Source: Chrysomallon squamiferum
Taxonomy: Eukaryota; Animalia; Mollusca
Direction of reading: 5' to 3'
Assembly (NCBI GenBank): GCA_012295275.1
Contig: CM022665.1
Location: 11,346,001-11,410,000, forward strand
Length of the DNA stretch: 64,000 nt
Both the position numbers and the translations under genes were made by a program. Below are positions 40,601-53,900 of the stretch, in pieces (the stretch's first letter is position 1; each line of letters starts with the position of its first letter). A model generated the notes under the pieces. That model was given only the letters and a program-made list of their open reading frames with translations. It ran no database searches and was not told the DNA's origin.

Positions 40601-43600
40601 AAACATCCATTAGATTTAACATCCACTAAACAAATACCGTTTTCCTGTCTTCTGTTTCTCATCCTCAACATCGCAGACTAGTACTGATGGAGTACTTGTT
40701 GAGGTGCTGGGAAGAACGGAGTGTTTGCTGACACCATTCGTTGTGCCATTTCGATGAATATTGAAACCATTTGTTGGTGGACACGTTGTTTCTGAAATAA
40801 AAGATATATAATTAATTTCAAAATCTTCAAAATATAATTATTAGTAGAATTGTAAATAGTTTGTTCCCTGTCAATGTTCAGTTTTAAAACCCTACTGCTA
40901 TATTTATAATGGCTTAATGCACAAAGATGTATTATGTTCACCAGTTTCTAATGTTTTTAATTTTAATAACTGTAAAACTATCTTTGCTCTCATTATCAGA
41001 TTCAAAATATAATTGCTCTAATCAGTTATACTGGCTAATATTTTCTTCAGTTCAATTGAGAATATCATAACTCCACACATCTCAGATTACATCATGTTTA
41101 ATAATTATGTTTTTAATTATATTCCTTTCTGCCATGATTGATATTACTAATCCACTAAATTAATTTAACAGAATGTCATCACATGATTATACTATATATA
41201 TCTACAGTGTCACTCAAAATTACATGCTTTCTCACAATCACTTTCTGAAGCTGCTTTTACATTTAACCAGTAGTAGAATATATATTAAGAAATTTGTTAT
41301 GACAATATATAATTTTTCTTTAATTTTGTTATCCAGTCAGATTAATAAAATAAAGGTACATCTAATTATATTCATACAACCATGACCAAAAACATACACG
41401 CACAACAAAATATACTTCAACATAACAGCAATTTATAGTACTTCATTTATACATAACTTTTATCATTCAGTCTGATACTATATCAGTGCATAGAGAATTC
41501 AGAGATTTCACCTTTTACTGGGACACTGGACTTGGCAAACTGAGTGGTGTCAAACTTGAGTGGACGTCTCTTCTTGTTAATGTCAAACAAATAGATCTGC
41601 TCACCACCAAGATTAACAAGTAACTCGTTACCATCGGGACTAAATGTCAGATATGTTGCTGCAAGAGTCCGGTATTTTTTCTTGTAGTCTGACTGCTTCT
41701 GAGGCAGATGACCTGACAGAAAAAAAAACAAGAATGATTAACATAACGGGAGATTTTAAAGTATTTATTTATTTATTTATTTACGGTATTCCTTTCCAAC
41801 ATGTACTGGAACTTACTAGTAAATATTATATATTTAGAAAACAAATCATAAAGTAAAGATCCCACAATTTCAGTTCAGTATTTTATATTTATAATTAAAT
41901 AATAATCTTAATTCAGCAGTAAATATAACAACAACAACATATGTTTCAAAATTAAATAAATTAAAACAAATGAACTCTTTCATATACCATAATTTTTATT
42001 ATTTTATATTCCAATGATAAAAAATATAAAATATAATAATAATAATAATGATACTTAATTCTCAACACATTAATCCATACTTATGTGATCAAGAATACAT
42101 GTCAATCATATATCAAAAAGATCTTCTAAAAGCAAAGCTTTTTTTCCCCTTCAGTATCCATATTTTTCAAAAGCATAAAGCAAATATAAGAATGTTGTAT
42201 ATGACTACAACTATCACAAATAATGCCAAAATGAATTTAAAAAAAAAAGACCAATGGGTAAGGTTGTTCAATGTTTTAGCTACCGTACCTGCCACAAAAA
42301 ATTCTGCACAGTCAGATGGTAAATCAAATTCATCAGGCGAGAATAATGTATTCATCAAATTGAGGTTTTCCCATGCAGTCCTGGCAAAGCAAAGTGGAAA
42401 ACTAAGCAAGTAACATATGAAAAACAGCAGACTGATACACAGAAACAGTTTTCTGTTGTCATAATTCAAGCCCTTAAACTAGCAGCATTACGAAGCTCTG
42501 AACATTTGATTTAAAGATTTATTGAAATCTGCTGTCCTGATAGCAGTTGAACTCCTTATTAATTTGATTTCTGATGACAAAAACATTATGGTTACTGAAG
42601 TGAAGCCAAAGATGTATAATAAAGAATTACTGAGCACTGATAAAACCAATCTAACATTTCTTATTTTCTTTTTTATCCAAGTTATGACATTCATCAAAAT
42701 AGAATTGCTAATTGAATATGAAATGTCTTGTTGATGTGATAAATACATACATATTTTTAAAATCAGGTAATGAAACTTCATTTTAAAAATATTTATAATG
42801 CATTTTTGAAATATTATTTTACTGCATTCTGTTCAGTTAAGGCTTGAATTACTTCAACAATAAACTTGAACTGTTGCTTCAGTCAACTGGTAACAAAAAC
42901 TCTGGCACCAATACCTGCCACAAAATAGCTAAGACATCCCTGCGGCAGACTGTAATCCTCGCCATCCACTGTCTCCAGGTGGGGATGTTCCCATGGAAAT
43001 CTGAATCAGCAAAAAGTCTCAGTTGGCAATTACAGAGCCACGAGAAAATATTTTATTTAAAATTTTGAAAATTCTCCATCTAAAATGAAATTCCAAAATG
43101 ATTTAGTGTGTATTTTATTGTTATAAAATCGGGCTGTCTGTATTAAAAGTGTAACGTTATTTGATTACTCACATATTTTTTTTTATTTGTTACGAAGTCA
43201 AGCTGTTTGTGTTAAAATTGTAGTATTATTTAATTACTGGTGGTATTTCTCATTATAAAAATTCTTTATTTTTTTAACTCCTTGTGAATATTTCTTTACA
43301 CTGAATTTTAAATGATTTAATTAGATTATTTTGTCTCAAGCATTCAAATAAAGAACACTAAAAAGAACATTTAACAGATTCAGAATAGAAATTTGTAATA
43401 ATAAAATGTGTCATTTTAAGATTAGAAATGTTATTCTTTATAAACAGAAACCAATCAATTAACAGAATTTACATCCACAATTATAGACTTCAGATTAAAC
43501 GTGCTATTTCACATGGAGTGGTTGGCTTGGATTACAACTGACAGGTCTTATCTAACTTTTAAAACTGTTTGGCAGGAATTCCTAATAAATTTTTGTTTCT

Positions 43601-46600
43601 TTTTTTAAATTCATAAATAGAAAGAAAATAAAACATATATTAAAACATAAGAAAATTATCTTTTAAATATATAATACAGAACTCTATAAAATATTTATAA
43701 CAAACATTTTAATATAAAAAAAAAAATAAAAAATAAAAATTTGCTATTATTACTTTTTTCTTTTCTTTTTAGGTTGTGCATATTTTGGGGGGTTTTAAAA
43801 TTTATTTATTATTATTATTATTTAAAGAAAAATGGATTCTGTATTCAAATCAAGTGATTTATGAAATATTTTTATACCTGCCACTAGCATCACCAGGAAA
43901 CTTCATACTTCTTGGTGTCAACATTCTACGATCGTACATCCTGACATATGGATCATTAGCACCAACGGCAAACAGTTCGGGTCGCAGTTGATTGATAGCA
44001 AGACACTTGGCTTCAGCATATTCTCCCATGTGTGCATTTAAATTCACCAGAACATTTCTGGGATTGCTCTGGCAACACTCTGGACTTCGCAAATCATACT
44101 GCCTGTAATAATGTAATTATTATGACACAAACACATAAACATTATCTGCTATAGTTATTAAGAATATATATAATGTAAACTAGTGAGATTATGGTACTTA
44201 TTTACAACAAAATAATAATAATAATATCTTATAATTCATTTTTTTTTTTTTGTTAAATATATTCTAACTTAGCATATCACACTTGACTGTATAATTTTAT
44301 TAACACAAATATATGTGCATTATTTCTTGTATTTCTAAACAAATCATATAATGTAAAGAGTCTTTTTTTTAAATAATAAATTATATCACACACAAACATT
44401 ACATATATTTGCATTATTTGTTTTATTTATCAACAATCTATAAAATGTAAACAAGCCAGATTATAACAGTAGTTGTTAAGTGTTTTTGTTTTTTGTTTGT
44501 CTAAATAATTATCATAAACAAATAAAAAATATTTAAAACTCTGAACTTTCCAAATCACACTGGCTGTAATAATATAATTATTTTATCAGAAATATGACTG
44601 CATTATCAGTAATACATATAATGTCCATAATGATGTACATGGCCAATTTTTCAATTTTGTTTTTATTTATTTATTTTTTTGACATAAATTATAATATAAA
44701 AGTAGCATACATGATAGTTCCATCTTCTGCAGCACTCCAAAACATGAAGGGAATGTCAGGTGCTGTAGCAACCCTCTTTACCCTCCCTGCATGGCAGCTG
44801 AACACATGTGTAGTCTCTTGCATGGCAATGTCATGTACACGAATCTTGCAGTCAGCAGCACCAGTAACAAGGACTCCATCATTGGAGCTAGGCAAGAACT
44901 GGAGAAAAAATACTTGATAGTGAAAATGCTCATTATAAATCTTATAAACTAAGTGTTGTGATTACATAGAAGAAATTCTTGATAAATCAAAATCTGATAT
45001 TTTCAAAAATATCTAAATGTTTTTATTTATTTTTTTGCTTAAATTTATTTTATTTATTTATTTTAATGAAATTAGTATAAAATTTAGATCAGAGAAAGTC
45101 AAAGAAACAATATTTTTAATTTCAAGTATATTTATTTAAAACTTTAAATTAATAGCTACTCTGACATTAATGTATAAAATTTTAATTGTTATTAAAGCAT
45201 AATAAAATGAAATAAATATTATATTTATTTACTTTAACTGTGAATATATTTCCCTGGTGACCTGTCCGAACAATGCCATGGGTTTTGTATAAAAATGGAT
45301 CCCATATGTACACTTGAACATCATCTGATCCACTTGCAAGTAGCCTAAAACAGAGAGCAGAAATAATTTAATTCTGAACCATATAGACTTTACAACAAAC
45401 CAAATAAAATAATGTTTGCTATTTTATTATACACATAACAGTTTGAGAGAATATGTTTTTTTATTTATTTATTTCTTTATAACAAATGTAATTTATTATT
45501 ATTTTTAGGTTACAAATAAGACCAAAATTCTTATTGTAAGCAACAGATAGCAGTTAATTTTACTGTTCCATTGAAATATCAATAATTTTAAAATTTACAT
45601 ACGTGCCATTTGTATTCCACTCCAAACAATTTACACATCCCTGATGGCCCTTCAAAACAAAAGAAATGTGACTATTTAACTGTCATAATTTTATATTCAT
45701 CTGCTAATCAATAACAATAAATTAACTTCTAATTCTGTGTTAAACTGCATCTATGACAGTATGAATTAATAATCTAAATAAAAAAATATGTATTATTCTA
45801 ATTCTTTTTTTTTTTTTTTTTTTTTTTCTTTTTTACTGTTTTGGGCAATTTGTCATTTACTTACAGTAATAAATGTATGACAGTATAAAAATACTGTTAC
45901 AAAACTTTGTCCAGATATTTTCAAACAGTTATACTTCATTATTAATTAAAACTGGACAGTAAAAACAAATAAAACAAAACTTGGAAGTATACTTTGAATA
46001 GTATTACATATTCTTACCTCTAGCTCCTTTTCAAGACCAAGACGATTTATTAAATCAGGTGTCACATGTAAAACTCTTTGAAAACTTGTGTGTACTCTTT
46101 CCTGAAAAAAAAAAACACACACCATAAAACAAACAAAGAAAAAGAGATGAAATTATATATAATTCACACATATTAATTATAAAAAGATTCCTTGGTAAAA
46201 AACAAAAAAACAACCTTAAAAATATTTGACAAATGCACTTTCAACATATTAATGGCACCTGTATTGTTGATGCAACAGAAACTGTATCATGGTTTTATGA
46301 CATTTTTCTGTCACAAGAGAAAAATGAATTGTCATTACATAATACATTGGTTTCCAATAAGACATAGATAGATGTTTAACAGTTAAATATGCAAAATACA
46401 CTAATATTATATAAAATATAAATCTTTTAATAAATAAATAAAAACATTTTTCCAGAATAAATGTTATTTGGTATTTTATTCTCTATTTGAAGATGCCTTG
46501 GATACATTACACACTTAATAAATCAGTCAGATGAAAAAGAGACTTAAATTACCAGGAGACCATTCTCCAACTTTCAGATTTTTAACTGAAAAAAAATAAA

Positions 46601-46753
46601 AAAAAATAAAATAAAATAAAAAGGTCAGTTTACAAACTTTGTGAGAAATCAAAAATAAAAGTGTCATTTGTGTCCTTTGGTGGTAAATAAGTCAGTCCTA
46701 CTTACATCCAGTTCTCTCTGCAATTTTCGTTTCAATGTCCATGAAGTATTCAT
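37619..46753 (-). CDS. WDTC1: WD and tetratricopeptide repeats protein 1 (DCAF9/adipose; CRL4 substrate receptor), ~704/706 aa, 14 coding exons with alternative exon 7
   Basis: Motifs RLGLEKELEGHQGCVNCLEWN, YFVAGHLP, ATYLTFSPDGNELLVNLGGEQIYLFD, TPR region LYGNRAAAYMKRKW, FCGHCNTTTDIKEANFFG, IVNCLQPHP and ANQKRMNADPLEVMLMNMGY. Exons: 46753-46706, 46101-46018, 45649-45603, 45344-45233, 44898-44711, 44102-43878, [43000-42915 OR 42380-42289], 41712-41512, 40791-40638, 40167-39985, 39443-39208, 38859-38691, 38571-38379, 37807-37619. Confidence 0.96.
37925..38034. repeat. Near-perfect inverted repeat (~38-bp arms) in the last WDTC1 intron
   Basis: TTTTAATTCATGGTTTTATTACCAAATATGTTTTT ... AAAAATATATTTGGTGATAAAACCATGAATTAAAA. 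Confidence 0.8.
38132..38195 (+). repeat. Dispersed repeat, copy 3 of 3
   Basis: TTTCAACATAGTTCA...AAAATTATTTTCTA; antisense to the host gene. Confidence 0.5.
40251..40338. repeat. (AAAAGC)n hexanucleotide microsatellite
   Basis: About 14 tandem units; produces the poly-Leu artefact in ORF 39981..40397. Confidence 0.9.
42289..42380 (-). CDS. WDTC1: WDTC1 alternative exon 7b (92 nt)
   Basis: ctttgctttgccag|...(R)TAWENLNLMNTLFSPDEFDLPSDCAEFFVA-G|gtacgg; phase 2 in, phase 1 out. Confidence 0.85.
42915..43000 (-). CDS. WDTC1: WDTC1 alternative exon 7a (86 nt)
   Basis: tttttgctgattcag|...(R)FPWEHPHLETVDGEDYSLPQGCLSYFVA-G|gtattg; phase 2 in, phase 1 out. Confidence 0.85.
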
Positions 46754-47354
46754 AATGAACTCAGAACTGTCAAGTTTTATCAAGACCAAAAGGCAGACTT
46801 TTTGTTCCAAAATATACGTCACACTTTTTAACCAGCAGGAACTGTCATCATTCTCCTAATACATTTTCAAATACGGCAAGTGTCAGATCTAGTCTGATTA
46901 TATAACTGTAGTTACTGAGCAAACGTTTTCAACTGCAGACCACCTCAAACTCTTCAAATTGTCTTCTCTTATTCAGTTATTGACTGATGATGATGATCCA
47001 GTGGGAATAAACAAACCCTACTGGCTTATTTAACTGGTTATATTTTATTATAAATGAGTATTACGTCCTATTTCTTTAGTATTTAATTCTGTATAAGAAT
47101 AACTACTATAACAGCAGGTGCTATGAAAAACCTTAAAATAACTACAACGAAATACGTTCTTTTATCTGTGTCGAAACCGGAAGTGTGAGCAATGAAGTAA
47201 TGTAAAACAGTCGGAAAAATACAAAAGGAATATTACTAATGAACGAAGAAGTTATTGAGGTCTGGTCGACAATATACCAACAGAAGCAATAGTCTTAATA
47301 TCAATGAATAATTAAAATTATTATTGTCGTAAATACATGTTAACTTTTGGCAAG
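46754..47354. promoter_or_regulatory. Bidirectional promoter region of WDTC1 and PAAF1
   Basis: Divergent ATGs 600 bp apart; ACCGGAAGTG (ETS) 47176-47185; YY1-like CAAGATGGC overlapping the PAAF1 start codon. Confidence 0.7.
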
Positions 47355-47879
47355 ATGGCAGCCGTCATGCACAGACTAATTTTACAAAGTGACTGGGATT
47401 ATGTTTTATGGTTTGTTATACATTCTTTGTATTTATTTATTTGAAATACAGCTTAATTATTTTAAAATAATTTAATAAACTGTGTTATTTCATCTGGTGT
47501 TTTTTTATTTATTTATTTTTTTTTTTTAAGGGAAAACAGGGGTGAAGCATGGGTGACTTACAAAAGTTCAAGTAGGTATTTTTTCGAATTTTTATGTCTG
47601 AATGCTATTAGTATTAATTAATTTAATTATAATTTTAATTTATATATATATACATATTCATCAAAGTTCAAGTATGATATTTTAAATTATGCTATTTCCT
47701 TTGTTACGTTTGTATTTCAAAAAAAAAAATGGTTGACAAACTCACAAACGACAAAGGCAAAGCTTTGATCAAAAACGAAAGTTGATACTTAATAATGATA
47801 TTCGTACTGCAGTTTATTGTGTAAAAAAAAAATCCTAGTTAGAATTTTAAGGTATACGATGGAATGATGGGTGTGGTGT

Positions 47880-47977
<98 letters not shown>

Positions 47978-50900
47978 CAATTAGTTTTACTTTTAATTTA
48001 AATTATTGTGTTAGTTATCTACATTTTTGTTTTTATGTCAAGATTCACCAAGTGTCCATGGATATATAAAGACTGAAGCACTTTCAGTTGATGGGATCCC
48101 TTACCTACTTGGATCTACTGGGTTTTCAGTAACCAGTGTTAAAAAGGTCAGTGTAATGATGAAAGTTTTGCTGATGATAAATACAGGTATTACTCAAATG
48201 AACAAATGAAACTGTTATTACTGTTTCTAATAATTTTGTACAAGAAAAAATGTTTTTAGTCATTAAATAAATCATTTATATAATACATAAAATAGTAAGT
48301 AAAAGAAGTGTTAAAGAAGATTATTTTTATTCTACATTAAAAAAAAGTACATAGTAAATTAATATGTTGTCACATATTATGAGTTTTTATAACTAATAAG
48401 TTTTCTGTGATTATAAAGTATAAATTATAATTTGTTCTAAGACTGAATGGAAAGCTTGAATATGTATCTGTTTTATACACAATAAATTCTGTTGATTATT
48501 AAAATATTTGTTTTGCAGAAATCAGTCACAGTGAGTTATAACAATGGAGAAAGAACACTGTCAAGAAAATTTGTTGCTGCACAGAACAAATTTTCCAGAA
48601 TTCACCAGAAATCAGTAAGTAAATAGTAGGTACCATCAGCCTAGCCAATATAATTGGTCAAAGCTGTTAAAAATTCAGATTTTGTCCATTTTCCTCCACT
48701 CCCAAATCCCTTCTGTAAATCCTAACATAAAAAACAAATACATGTAACTAAAGATCATTATGTGCTCTTTTAAATGGTGTTGTTGTTCCTGTTGTATGTT
48801 AAATCGGTTCTTTGTACGAGAGTGTTAAATGTGGTGGGGGTAAATGCACTTTGGTGCCTGTGGTCAGCAATTAACAGTGTGGAGTAAAAAGTCCTAAAAT
48901 AGGGTCGCTCTACAAATGCCTGGCTTGTTTTTGTCAAAATGGCTTCAATGTTATTTTTAGCACAGCTAGGAGAGTCAAAGTTCAGTTTTTCTAACTGTGT
49001 GCATGTCATCGCTGGCAATGGCTTATATCAAAAGTTGTGTCCAAAAAGGTACCTTTTCAAGCCTTCAAACCAATTTTGAAAAAAACTGGCTGAAAATAAA
49101 ACCTTTATTCATGGGATCAAATGAAAGATCATTCAGTTACCTTTCAAACAATGTGTGACACTGTGGTGTGCCTTCTTAGTGAAATTGCCATTATGTCATG
49201 TTTTCTATAGAACGAAATCACGTTAGATTTTATGTACAGCTAGAAAGGTCTGGCACTGTTTAAAATTATTATATTTATATGTTGTTTATATTTTTAATAA
49301 CTTGTTGGCTGTATGTTTTTCTTCAGTGTTCCTACTTTTAGTGTGTACATTATAGCATGTGCATAGTGGAACCACATTCTGAAATAAACGAATTAAAATT
49401 GTTTTGCCGATTACTATCTTCAGTTTAAAACCATCGATTATTTTGCTTTCAAAATTCTTGCGATAAACAGCAAATTAAGAATCATAAACCTAACAAACTA
49501 TACTACATAACAGAACAATGTATTCAGAGGTATTGATGGAATGCTGAATAAAAATCTAATTACTTTTTTAAAATATAAAATCATATATCAATCAGTTTTA
49601 AGACATTATTTTTGCTTGTTGATAAGCTCTATCAGAGAAAATTTCAACAATAGTCAGATGATAGGTAACTTTTGTTTGCTGTCAAAACACAGCAAATACA
49701 AAGCTAAGAAAATTATTTTAAGTTTGCTTCAAATGACAGACTTATAACACCTGTGTCTTTAATTGCGTCTTGTCTCATGATTATGTACATTTTATTGTCC
49801 CTAATTAATATCTGCAACACCTTTCTGGAGTTGACTCCAAGGATTAGCTGAGTTTATGTATTGCAAAGGATTATGGTTAAACATCAAATGCTTGTAGACC
49901 TTCTAAGTAACATTTATATATATATGATATAAACTCATCACAGTATCTTAACTTATTGCTACTAATTATTTAATAGAGTGAAAATTCAAGTTGCTTATGT
50001 AAATAAAGTTGTGCTGTTCTATATAAATTGAAAAGGTAATATTTTTTTATGGGCTTGGCAGAAAAACAAAAATTAAATTTTTTTTAATTAAAAATGTTAG
50101 ATTCAAGTATGTCTTTTGAAAGATCTTGATACAGCTCAGTTAGCGAGTTGGTCCCATCACTCTTGTTGATTTTCAGCCTTTTGTGTCAATTAATTTTCAA
50201 ACTACAGTTGGCCAAAGTAGTCCTTGCTGCTAATTGGCCAAAATAGGGCTGAAAACCAACCAAATTCTGGTAGTAACAATTTGCATATATCTTCTGGACT
50301 GCTGGAGATAGTCATAATTTTTAGTGTGTTTTCGTTTGTTTTGCTACAGCATATTATATGAAATTAAAGTCAGAAAAAATTTGCCTGCCGGTACCTATAA
50401 ATAGCTGTATTCAAGATTTATTCTGAATGCAGGCCACTAAAATTCAATATTTTGTACAGTATCAGATAAAATAGTCTCACTAAATGTATTAATAATTTAA
50501 TGTTAATGTCACTAAAATTTAATATTTTTTTGTCTGACAAAAATATCATGAAACCTAATATTTTTATTTTTATTTTTGTTTAATGTTATATAATATATAT
50601 TGATATTTAGGGAATGTATATTCAGAATATAAAAAAATTGCCAGGTGACATGGTGTTACCTTTGAACAATTTCAAGAAGGCTAAATGATAAATTCACAAT
50701 GGCTGCTACAGAATCAGAAAACATCTCTTTCCATCATATATTTATGACTAGATCAGAGAGAAACATGAATGAAATGTATTTTATATCTTTTTAACAATAA
50801 CTTGGCTATAGTTTTCAAAAAAAAAAAAATGCACAAAGATGGCAACCATAAAAGGATGAAGATATAAATGTTTTTAAATCAAATAAATATCCTATAGGTC

Positions 50901-53900
50901 TTTTTACACACTATATTTGTTAGAATGTAAGGAATAGGCTCATAAGTAAGACGCATGGTGAATGAAAAATAATTAATATAACTTAAGTGCATTTATTAGA
51001 AAGTTCTACATATGAGACCATGAGTCTGATTCTGGTCATATCAAATGAAAAACAACCTACTGATTCAATTCAGTCTTGTACTATATCCGGGATTGTACTA
51101 TGCATATCTTTCCATCATCCATCAACCTCCATTCATGGTGAATCAGAATCCCTCACAGCACCCTGTTTGGATGTTTGATGATGTGCAAGCTTCATGTTTT
51201 CCTGGAATTATCTGGCTGCCTCCTGGGGTAATTCAGAATTTTTTTATTCATTGAATCTTTCAGTTTGCAAGTTAAACTTTACTGACTTGAACATCTCAGA
51301 ATTCTTGATGCACATAATGGTCAGGAGACGTATCATCTTGCTCTTTTTGTGAAAGAGTACTGCCAGGAAATGAGTGAATACTTTGCCATTTTGAGATGAT
51401 TTGCCTGCCTGACAAATCAATTTCTACTGCATCTGTCTTTTTATAATGCAATACTTCATCATAAGAACATCTAAAGAGATGCATGAGATTTATGAATTAC
51501 TATTCCAAGATCAGTCTGAAGATGGATTGAGTGATTGTGCAATACAGTTGTGATGATCAAGCCAATGAAAATGGCAAAGAGCATTTTGTCTATTTTAGGA
51601 GACAACTTAGATAATAGATAAAGCAAGGTTTTGCTTACAGATTCTGCAGTTATATCATGGTTCAGTTTGGTTTTGTAGCGACATTTATCTGTTAGAATAT
51701 TCTTAATTTCCTTCTTGACCTTCTTGGTGACTTTTGTCAGTGTAACATCTAGATCATCATCTTCTTGAACAGCCAGTTTCAGTACTTTATTGCAGAAGAT
51801 TATGATACTTACCATGCCTGGAGAACTTAGCACAAGAAGATTATCACCACAATACATGGAAACGTACATTATGAGCCTCATGCATGAAAGCTTGCTGTCA
51901 CCATATCCAATGTATACACTGAAAATTCTACTGAGTTACAAATGCACTTACGGTCTTCCTTGAATGATTGAATCAGACAGATCAGAGCGTCTTTAGTTTC
52001 TTCAGTGTTTTGCATACAAAAGTCATATTTCCTTGGCAAATAAGAAGGTCCTGTGTTTTGTTTGGTTCTTTTAAGATGTCTCTGTGTCGGAGTGGTGGAT
52101 GTATTTATAGATATCCAGCTTTTATTACATTCAGAAGCTAGAGATCACTAAATGCATAGAATAAATTATGGTGGCTATTTTGATTTTTAGCAGTATTGGA
52201 AAAATCATAGTATTCAATTCCTTACACCTCAAAATATATGAAATGCCTTTTATGTTTCTGTCTTATCTAGTTATGAAGATATGAGAAAAACATATTTTGT
52301 CCAGTATGATGCAGCCCATCTTGGATTTAGCTCTCTAGTACAAAATGCACATGGGTGAATGTATATGCCATAAACTTCAATTATTCACATAAGGAAAACT
52401 TTAGACTCTAAAATAAGGTCAAGCACAGATATGGCATTTGGTTGCCAGATTGTTTGACAAAAGAACAAAACCCCAAATAATAGGTTATACTGATGGGCTA
52501 ATGTTTTAATCATTTTTATTTGTTTGTCGTTTTTTTTTTAATTTTATTATTATTTATTTTTTTATTTTTTTTTTTTTTGTTGTTGAAAGGTATCTTGCCT
52601 TGATGTTACATCTGGTGGGCTGGGTGTGTCTTGTGACACTGATGGAAAATTAAGAGTATGGCAGACAAGTAATGGTGAAGTCAGAGTAAGTAAATATACA
52701 TTTAATTTTAAAAATTATTACTCTATTTTTTATTACGAGTGAGTAAAAACATATTTAATGAAAATCTTCATTTAATTTTAAATTGTATCATTATAAAACT
52801 TTTAATTTGGGAATAGAATTACAATGTTTAAAACTTAACTATTTTTTATTATTTCTAACACTAATACTGTTAGTATATTAGTAATAATTATGAATATGTT
52901 TCTTTCTCTTATTTTTTCCTTTTTTTTTTTTTTTTTTTGTTTTACATATTATAATAAAATATATGATTTAACCTACTGATCAGTTACGGTTTTAATGCCT
53001 TTTTCTATATTTTATTCTGCAGCACAGCTTTTTAAAGTTTAATATTTTGAGCCACTTTGTGCTGTTAATTTTATTATCATTTTATTTTATTTATTTTATT
53101 TTATTTTATATTATTTTATTTATGAAAGATCAGTGAGACTGTATTTTTGTTGATTTTTTTTTTTTTTAACAGCGAGAACTCATAGGCCATGTTGCAGATG
53201 TGTACACATGCAAGTTCTTTCCTTCAGGCATTGTTGTTCTTAGTGGTGGAGCTGACATGTTACTTAAGATTTGGTCTGCAGAAACAGGCAAATGTGCTGT
53301 AACACTGACTGGACACACTTCAGGTACTCACTGTAATTAAACATACAATCATCAGTTTAGTGTCTAATTTGTGTTTTTTTTTTTTTTTTTTTGTCCCCTG
53401 TCCCAAAAGTAATGAATATGTGTTTAACAAGACCCCTATACATGATATCAAGAGTTATTTGATATTAAAATTAAATTTTTTTATTTATTTTTATTTTTTT
53501 ATTTTTTTATCTACATTGATGAGATGTGAAGTAGATAATCCGTTGTTGACATTACATGCTTTTAGATCTTGTTAACTGAAAGGAGTGGTCCTTTATTGAC
53601 ATTTTCCGTTTAAGTAAGCACATAATGACATATTAAGCCTTTTGGTATACCATACATCAGGTCTTGATTGAACCTTGAGTTTTATGTTGATAAATAACAG
53701 TACACCCTTTTTATTAGTGTGATCATAATTCTAAGAAACATACATTCTAAAATATTTATTTTCCATAGAACAAAGCAGCAACAACCTACATTAATGACTG
53801 CTTTAAACACATAATCATTCGTTGGTTTGACTAAAAGGAAAAAATATGAAAATTTCAACAACAAAATAACAAAATCATAATTCACAAATAGATAAGTGAG

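Noticed and set aside
48770-49260. ORF 48770..49018 and adjacent higher-GC sequence in PAAF1 intron 4
   Set aside because: No recognisable protein; probably a repeat fragment whose boundaries I cannot define.
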